A stretch of DNA of 64,000 nucleotides, taken from assembly GCA_902632555.1 (NCBI GenBank), contig CACPCZ010000005.1:5538-69537 (forward strand), written 5' to 3'. The stretch's first letter is position 1. Every line of letters begins with the position of its first letter. The DNA is from an uncultured SAR86 cluster bacterium (lineage in GTDB: Bacteria > Pseudomonadota > Gammaproteobacteria > Magnimaribacterales > D2472). Both the position numbers and the translations under genes were made by a program. The notes beneath the pieces are model-generated. The model was not told where the DNA came from. It was given only the letters and a program-made list of their open reading frames with translations, and did not search any database. Positions 57,687 through 64,000 of the stretch are shown here, in pieces.

Positions 57687-58880
57687 TTAGGTTGATGGTA
57701 AACCAAGAACCCTTTTTGAAATCACATTTAATTGAACCTCAGATGTTCCACCTTCAAGAGAATTTCCTTTTGTTCTAAGCCAAGCTCTTGTAAGATTTTT
57801 ATCATCATCTTCAAACTCATCACCATCCCAGGCAACACCATTGATACCTGATGCTGCTACCATTAATTCGTGGCGTTTTTTGTTATGCTCTGTTCCATAA
57901 AGTTTAAACATTGATGCTGTTGCGCTTGCTTTACCTCCTTCATCACCTGCTCTTTTAAGTGTAAGACCAAATGCATGCTCCTTTATTTTATGAGATGAAA
58001 TTTCTGATCTATAAAAAGTATTTTTTATTTTCCCGTTCTCCTCACCAAGATGTTTTTTGGCAATAGAAACCACATCACGCTTACTGCCCATTCCTGCCGC
58101 TAATCCAAAGTTAGATATAAAAGCTCTCTCATGTTGAAGAAGTTTTTTTGCTATTGTCCAGCCCGAGTTTAATTCCCCAATTAAGTTTTCTTTTGGAACT
58201 TTAACATTATCAAAAAAAGTTTCACAAAAAGGAGATTTTCCTGATATCAATGTTATTGGTTTCGTGCTTACACCTTTTGTTGCCATGTCTATTAACAAAA
58301 AGCTAATTCCATCATGCTTAGGCTCCTTTGGACCAGTTCTAACCAAAGCAAAAATCCAGTCAGCTTTATCTGCATAAGATGTCCAAACTTTTTGACCATT
58401 TACTAAAAAATGATCACCGATATCATCTGCTTTAGTTGACAGGCTGGCAAGGTCTGATCCAGAACCGGGTTCTGAGTATCCTTGGCACCATCTAATCTGG
58501 CCTTTGATTATTTTTGGAATATGTAATTTTTTTTGTTCTTCAGTTCCATACTCCAATAAAACAGGTGCAAGCATCCATATACCAAAGCTGAGTAAGGGCT
58601 GTTTGGCACCAATAAAAAACATTTCTTCATTAAGAACTTTAACTTCTTCTTTGGAAAGCCCGCCTCCGCCATACTCTTTAGGAACTGTTGGCATTGTCCA
58701 TCCTTTTTCGCCCATTCTATCAAGCCATATCTTAGACTCTGGGTTTTTATATTTTGCATTTCTTCCACCCCATACCTCGTCAGTAGGTATTTTAGGATCT
58801 GCTCCATTTCTCATTGATGGTGGACAGTTTTCGTCAAGCCACTTTTTTGTCTCTTCTCTAAATTTAGATAAATCAGTCAT
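57687..58880 (-). CDS. Acyl-CoA dehydrogenase
   Basis: WCQGYSEPGSGSDLASL, HER and EGGTSEVQLN motifs. Confidence 0.93.
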   Translation of the reverse strand: MTDLSKFREETKKWLDENCPPSMRNGADPKIPTDEVWGGRNAKYKNPESKIWLDRMGEKGWTMPTVPKEYGGGGLSKEEVKVLNEEMFFIGAKQPLLSFGIWMLAPVLLEYGTEEQKKLHIPKIIKGQIRWCQGYSEPGSGSDLASLSTKADDIGDHFLVNGQKVWTSYADKADWIFALVRTGPKEPKHDGISFLLIDMATKGVSTKPITLISGKSPFCETFFDNVKVPKENLIGELNSGWTIAKKLLQHERAFISNFGLAAGMGSKRDVVSIAKKHLGEENGKIKNTFYRSEISSHKIKEHAFGLTLKRAGDEGGKASATASMFKLYGTEHNKKRHELMVAASGINGVAWDGDEFEDDDKNLTRAWLRTKGNSLEGGTSEVQLNVISKRVLGLPST

Positions 58881-59010
58881 AATGTTATAAGTTTTTTTAA
58901 ATTACAAAGAAGTTATTATATTCACAATTTTTATTATTTCGAGCATTGAGAGCAACAAAAAATCGTATTCAATCTAAAAATAAGCTTATACAGAGGATAT
59001 AATCTCGTTT

Positions 59011-59871
59011 ATGTTTAAAAATATAGGAATATATGTCAGACAAAAGTCTAACCAAGGCATAGATGCAGATGCAATGGATTCTATGATCGATTTTTTATCG
59101 ACTAAAGATATTAAACTTTTTATAGATGAATCTTCTGATTATTTGAGTAAACATACTGAAACAGTAACTCATGAAAAATTTGTCAAAATAGTTGATTTAA
59201 TAATAGTCTTTGGTGGCGACGGAACTCTTCTAAATTCAGCTAGGAAATATTTAGATTATGAGATACCAATTTTAGGAATAAATATGGGAAATGTTGGTTT
59301 TTTAACTGATATCAAAGTGGATAATTTTGAGCAGTCATTATCAGAAATACTTAATGGAAATTACATTATTGAAGATAGAAAATTAGTATCTGCTAAATTT
59401 AATGATGTTCATATGTATGGTTTAAATGAGATCGTGATTCATTCAGGATCCTATGCTCAGCTTATGAGATATCAATTGACTGTAAATAATCGAATAGTTT
59501 ATGAACAAAGGTCTGATGGACTAATAATTGCTACACCGACTGGTTCAACCGCATATGCTTTGTCTGCTGGCGGACCAATAATTCATCCGAGCCTAGATGT
59601 ATGGACAATTTTACCTATGTTGCCACAAAGTTTGTCATCGAGGCCTTTCGTTATCTCTTCTGAAGAAAAGGTCGATATTAAGCTTTTTGAGGGTCCAAAT
59701 GAAAAGGCTCAAATATGCGTTGATGGACAAAATGATATTGATTTGCCTTATGGTGTTGATATCTCAATTTCAAAAATGGAGAAAACTCTTAAATTAGTTC
59801 ATCCAAATGATAATGATTTTTTTGAAGCATGCAGAGAAAAGCTTGGCTGGAGCTTAAATATATCTAAATAA
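59011..59871 (+). CDS. nadK: NAD kinase
   Basis: GGDGT, GNVGFL, NE and DGLIIATPTGSTAYALSAGGP motifs. Confidence 0.95.
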   Translation: MFKNIGIYVRQKSNQGIDADAMDSMIDFLSTKDIKLFIDESSDYLSKHTETVTHEKFVKIVDLIIVFGGDGTLLNSARKYLDYEIPILGINMGNVGFLTDIKVDNFEQSLSEILNGNYIIEDRKLVSAKFNDVHMYGLNEIVIHSGSYAQLMRYQLTVNNRIVYEQRSDGLIIATPTGSTAYALSAGGPIIHPSLDVWTILPMLPQSLSSRPFVISSEEKVDIKLFEGPNEKAQICVDGQNDIDLPYGVDISISKMEKTLKLVHPNDNDFFEACREKLGWSLNISK

Positions 59872-59872
59872 A

Positions 59873-60511
59873 TTGATAAAAATAGACAATTTTCATATAC
59901 CCATAATTGTGCTCTCAATATGTATAGCACTTATATCAAATTTTGGTTCGTCGATAGCATTTATTAAACCTTTCACTTTCACGCAAATTGATATTAGTAA
60001 CCTTGGTTACTTTTCTATGATGAATTTTGAAGTTACTTTTTTAGAAAACAATCAATGGTGGAGATTGTTTACGCCAATGTTAATACATTTTTCATTTCCA
60101 CATTTAGCATTTAACTGTTTATGGATATATATACTTGGAGAAAAAGTAGAGAGAATTGATGGACATATAACTTTTATTTTTCTTGTAATGTTTACATCAA
60201 TTATTAGTAATTGTTTACAATTTTTTTGGAGTGGCTCAAATTTGTTTGGAGGCTTGTCTGGCGTAATATATGGCTTGTTAGGATTTTGCATGATTCTTGA
60301 AATGGATTCTTCACGAAATAGATATGATATACCACCCGGATTGTATTTATTTATGATAATTTGGTTAGTATTAGGATTTTTAGGTATTCTTGAATTATTT
60401 GGGTTTGGTGCAATAGCAAACTTTGCTCATCTAGGTGGTCTTGTCTCCGGTATAATATTTGCGATGATATATAAAATTATGCATTTGAGATGGGAAAAAC
60501 CCAATGATTAA
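59873..60511 (+). CDS. glpG: Rhomboid family intramembrane serine protease
   Basis: WWRLFTP, HLAFN, GLSG and AHLGG motifs. Confidence 0.88.
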   Translation: MIKIDNFHIPIIVLSICIALISNFGSSIAFIKPFTFTQIDISNLGYFSMMNFEVTFLENNQWWRLFTPMLIHFSFPHLAFNCLWIYILGEKVERIDGHITFIFLVMFTSIISNCLQFFWSGSNLFGGLSGVIYGLLGFCMILEMDSSRNRYDIPPGLYLFMIIWLVLGFLGILELFGFGAIANFAHLGGLVSGIIFAMIYKIMHLRWEKPND

Positions 60512-61364
60512 AAAAGCTGTTTTACCAGTTGCAGGCTTTGGAACACGATTCTTGCCCGCATCAAAAGCAACGCCGAAAGAAATGCTTCCAATAATAGATA
60601 AGCCTCTTGTTCAATATGCTGTTGAGGAGGCAATAAATATTGGAATCGAAGAAATAATCTTTATTACTAGTGAAGAAAAATACTCAATTGAGAAACACTT
60701 TCAAAAAAATGAATTGATTGAAAAGAAGTTAGTTTTGTCAGGCAAGAGCGAATATGTTGATAAATTAAATCCAAAAATTTTTTCAAAAGTAAGCTTTAAA
60801 TATATCATTCAAGAAAAACAAAATGGCCTTGGAGACGCAGTTTTGCAAGCTGAATCTGCAGTTGGCGGTGAATCTTTCGCTGTTTTATTACCAGATGACT
60901 TATTTTTTTCTGAAAAATCATGTCTAAGTCAATTAGTTGAAACTTACAGCAGAACAAGCACATCGGTAATAGCTGTAAATAAAATAGATAAAAAAAATAT
61001 ACATAAGTATGGTGTGATAAAACCTGGAAAAGAAGAGTTTGGCGCAATACTCGTAGATGATATTGTTGAAAAACCAACTGCCGATGAGGCACCATCAGAC
61101 ATTGCAGTTTGCGGGAGATACATATTTACATCATCAATATTTAAATTTTTAAAAAAAACTTCAGCAGATAAATCTGGAGAAATTCAATTAACTGATGCTG
61201 TAAGATCCCTTTTAATATCTGAAAATGTGCATGCAAAGATTTATGATGGGGAAAAATTTGATTGTGGCAGTAAAAAAGGTTTTGTTCATGCTACCATTGC
61301 TCTCGCTTTGAGAGATGAGTCTATCAGTCATGATATTAAAAAAATAATAAAGGAAATTTCTTGA
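60504..61364 (+). CDS. galU: UTP--glucose-1-phosphate uridylyltransferase
   Basis: PVAGFGTRFLPASKATPKEMLP, VEKP and EIQLTD motifs. Confidence 0.93.
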   Translation: MIKKAVLPVAGFGTRFLPASKATPKEMLPIIDKPLVQYAVEEAINIGIEEIIFITSEEKYSIEKHFQKNELIEKKLVLSGKSEYVDKLNPKIFSKVSFKYIIQEKQNGLGDAVLQAESAVGGESFAVLLPDDLFFSEKSCLSQLVETYSRTSTSVIAVNKIDKKNIHKYGVIKPGKEEFGAILVDDIVEKPTADEAPSDIAVCGRYIFTSSIFKFLKKTSADKSGEIQLTDAVRSLLISENVHAKIYDGEKFDCGSKKGFVHATIALALRDESISHDIKKIIKEIS

Positions 61365-62350
61365 ATTTTTTTCTCAAGATTTTTAAATTTTTACCACCAG
61401 AGATTGCCCATAATCTTGCTTTAGAGTCATTAAATTTTTTATATAAAACTAGATTGCTAAGGTTTTTCTATAATAAAGTAAAATCAGAGCCTAAAGTCTT
61501 TGCAGGAATGCATTTTCAAAATATGCTTGGAACAGCTGCGGGTCTTGATAAAAATGGTGATTATATTGATTGTTTGGGTGCGCTTGGATTTGGTTTCTTA
61601 GAAGTAGGAACAGTTACACCAGAAAAACAATATGGAAACTCTAAACCCCGAGTTTTTAGAAACTTTCAAGAAAACGCAATTATTAATAGACTTGGTTTTA
61701 ATAATAAAGGCGTTGATTATTTAGTTAAAAACCTTAAGTCAAGAAAATATGATGGTATTGTCGGTGTTAATGTGGGTGCCAATAAATCTTCGTCTCAAAA
61801 TGAACGAGTTCAAGACTATTTGACATGCATAGAAAAGGTTCACAAATTTGCAAATTACATAACTGTAAATATATCTTCTCCCAATACCCCAAATCTGAGA
61901 GACTTTCATAATTATGAAAATATTATCGATTTAGTTAATGCCATTGATAAAAAAGCTTCTGAGCTTAATATTCAAATTCCATTTTTTCTTAAAATATCAC
62001 CTGACGAATCTAATGAATCAATAGACAAAATACTTGAGGTAATTGAAAAATCTCAATTTACAGGAATTATTGCAACTAATACGACAGTAGATAAATCATC
62101 TTTATCAAATATAAGCGTAAAAGATATCGAAGGTGGTCTTTCAGGAGAGCCTTTAATGAAAAAATCAACTGACAAAATAAAACACATAAGTATTAAATCT
62201 AATAATCAGATTCCCATTATAGGCGTTGGAGGAGTTATGGACTTTCAAAGCTTTAATAAAAAAATTCTAGCAGGTGCAGGTTTGGTTCAAATATATACAG
62301 GTTTTATTATTAAAGGGCCCTCAATAGTTAATGAAATTTTAAGAAATTAA
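61361..62350 (+). CDS. pyrD: Quinone-dependent dihydroorotate dehydrogenase
   Basis: AAGLDKN, INRLGFNN, NISSPNTPNLR, KISPD, TNTT and GGLSG motifs. Confidence 0.95.
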   Translation: MNFFLKIFKFLPPEIAHNLALESLNFLYKTRLLRFFYNKVKSEPKVFAGMHFQNMLGTAAGLDKNGDYIDCLGALGFGFLEVGTVTPEKQYGNSKPRVFRNFQENAIINRLGFNNKGVDYLVKNLKSRKYDGIVGVNVGANKSSSQNERVQDYLTCIEKVHKFANYITVNISSPNTPNLRDFHNYENIIDLVNAIDKKASELNIQIPFFLKISPDESNESIDKILEVIEKSQFTGIIATNTTVDKSSLSNISVKDIEGGLSGEPLMKKSTDKIKHISIKSNNQIPIIGVGGVMDFQSFNKKILAGAGLVQIYTGFIIKGPSIVNEILRN

Positions 62351-62351
62351 A

Positions 62352-62789
62352 ATGTCTGAGATATTACTTATTATATTAGTTTTAGTATTTCTATTTGGAT
62401 CAATTTCACTTGCAATACCCTCAAAATCGTCAAGAAAGATTTCGAAACTTAGAATGAATGCAAAAATGTTAGGTTGTAATGTATCCTCAACAATCTTTGG
62501 AAAAAATAGCTTCAAAAACAAAAAATCTTTTGATGTAAGTTATCAAATTAAAAATCAAACTAAATACAAAGAGGGACATTTTGTTAGAGACAAAGATCAA
62601 CTTTTCTTGTATTCTCCTGTCAAACTTAAATACCAAAATGAATACGAACAAATGGTAATTGATTTAAATAACACATCAAAACATCTTGAAGAAATTATTT
62701 TTTCGAATCGTTCAATAAGTTTTTTGTGGCATGAAAAAGAAGGAATTTCAACCTTAGAAAATATTCTTGAAAAATTAAACAATTTATAA
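62352..62789 (+). CDS. Hypothetical protein with N-terminal membrane anchor
   Basis: 145 aa co-oriented behind pyrD, with a hydrophobic N-terminus. Confidence 0.65.
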   Translation: MSEILLIILVLVFLFGSISLAIPSKSSRKISKLRMNAKMLGCNVSSTIFGKNSFKNKKSFDVSYQIKNQTKYKEGHFVRDKDQLFLYSPVKLKYQNEYEQMVIDLNNTSKHLEEIIFSNRSISFLWHEKEGISTLENILEKLNNL

Positions 62790-62849
62790 ATATAACTTGC
62801 CAATCAGACTAAATTAATGATATTTATAAAAAAAAGGAATTTTTAAACT

Positions 62850-64000
62850 ATGTCTAAATCACTTGTAATTGTTGAATCACCAGCAAAAGCTAAGACCATA
62901 TCTAAGTATCTAGGGTCTGATTACATAGTTGAGTCTAGTGTCGGTCATATAAGAGACTTACCTAAAAAACCATCCTCAGACATCAAAAGAACCTCCATCC
63001 CAAAAAACATAAGTTTAGAGGAAAAACAAAAACTCAAAGCAATAAATGAAAGAAAAAGACTGATCAGAAGAATGGGTATTGATCCTGACAATGGATGGGA
63101 TGCTGATTGGCAGATTATTCCGGAGAAAGAAAAAGTTCTTAAAGCTTTAAAAAAAGCAGCAAAGTCGTGTGAGCATATATATCTTGCTACTGATTTAGAC
63201 AGAGAAGGTGAAGCAATTGCTTGGCATCTCAAAGAAGCTTTGGGTTCTCAAAAACATAACTTTTCAAGAGTTAGATTTAATCAAATTACAAAAGATGCAA
63301 TCTTAGAGTCATTCTCAGACCCTAAGGAGATAGATTTAGATTTAGTAAAAGCCTACAGAGCAAGAAGATTTCTAGATAAGGTTATCGGTTTCGAGTTATC
63401 ACCTTTATTGTGGAAAAAGATAGCAAGAGGATTATCAGCTGGTAGAGTTCAATCAGTAGCACTAAGGCTGCTAGATGAAAGAGAAAGATCTATTCAAGAG
63501 TTTATTCCTGAAGAATTTTGGGAAATTAACTTAGATGCTTTAACAAAAGATAGTGAGAAAATTAAATTTATCTTGAACAGAAAAAAAACTGATCCATTGT
63601 TGAAGAAAGTAGATGTTGAAAACATTAGAGATAGTGTTAATCAAAATTCGTTGGCAATAAATGAAATTTCACAAAAGCCAGTAAAAGTAAAGCCTAAACC
63701 TCCATTTATAACCTCAACATTACAACAGTCAGCAAGCACAAGACTTGGGTTTAATGTTAAAAGAACAATGAGGGTTGCTCAAAAACTTTATGAGGCAGGT
63801 TTTATTACATATATGAGAACAGATGCTCCAAGTCTTAGCAAAGAATCTATTAATGACGCAAGAAATTACATTAACGATAAGTTGGGAGAGAATTATTTAA
63901 CAAATGCTCCAAGGATTTATGCAAGCACAGAGAATGCTCAAGAGGCTCATGAGGCAGTAAGACCAACTAATGCCTTCTTGAGATCTTCTGACTTAATAAA
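62850..64000 (+). CDS. topA: DNA topoisomerase I (3'-truncated by the window edge; absent from the ORF track)
   Basis: ATG 62850 reads MSKSLVIVESPAKAKTISKYLG..SSVGHIRDLP, then ATDLDREGEAIAWH, SAGRVQS, LYEAGFITYMRTD and AQEAHEA. Confidence 0.96.
   Translation, partial: MSKSLVIVESPAKAKTISKYLGSDYIVESSVGHIRDLPKKPSSDIKRTSIPKNISLEEKQKLKAINERKRLIRRMGIDPDNGWDADWQIIPEKEKVLKALKKAAKSCEHIYLATDLDREGEAIAWHLKEALGSQKHNFSRVRFNQITKDAILESFSDPKEIDLDLVKAYRARRFLDKVIGFELSPLLWKKIARGLSAGRVQSVALRLLDERERSIQEFIPEEFWEINLDALTKDSEKIKFILNRKKTDPLLKKVDVENIRDSVNQNSLAINEISQKPVKVKPKPPFITSTLQQSASTRLGFNVKRTMRVAQKLYEAGFITYMRTDAPSLSKESINDARNYINDKLGENYLTNAPRIYASTENAQEAHEAVRPTNAFLRSSDLI

Noticed and set aside
62945-63232. 95-aa minus-strand ORF
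   Set aside because: It is antisense to topA, which the ORF track missed because it runs off the window end.

Overview
This is a very AT-rich, extremely gene-dense bacterial chromosome segment. Most genes abut or overlap, and no intrinsic terminators are evident. The gene content (photolyase, TonB-dependent receptor, many lipid/acyl-CoA enzymes, gammaproteobacterial-type guaB, guaA, xthA, prc, nadK, pyrD and topA) suggests a streamlined surface-ocean gammaproteobacterium such as SAR86; this is an inference. The window opens with the 3' end of an Ig/cadherin-like surface protein with a (Gly-Thr)14 tail, an IHF/HU gene and a convergent tRNA-Pro(GGG). Housekeeping and metabolic genes follow (esterase, wecA, photolyase, fhs, fumC). 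Next come a purine uptake/salvage block (NCS2 permease divergent from TBDR-PRTase-guaB-guaA, with a near-consensus sigma-54 promoter before the TBDR) and an accessory envelope block after guaA (MFS, putative beta-barrel, two paralogous lipoproteins, MFS). Further on are an unexplained methyltransferase-like / truncated APS-kinase-like / HxGH nucleotidyltransferase operon divergent from a DmdA-related demethylase, an Atu-like acyclic terpenoid catabolism operon, a secreted MsrA-thioredoxin-MsrB fusion, more lipid catabolism genes, and nadK-glpG-galU-pyrD-hyp-topA (partial). No CRISPR array, rRNA, integrase or transposase was seen. All functional calls come from motif recognition by eye, not database searches.
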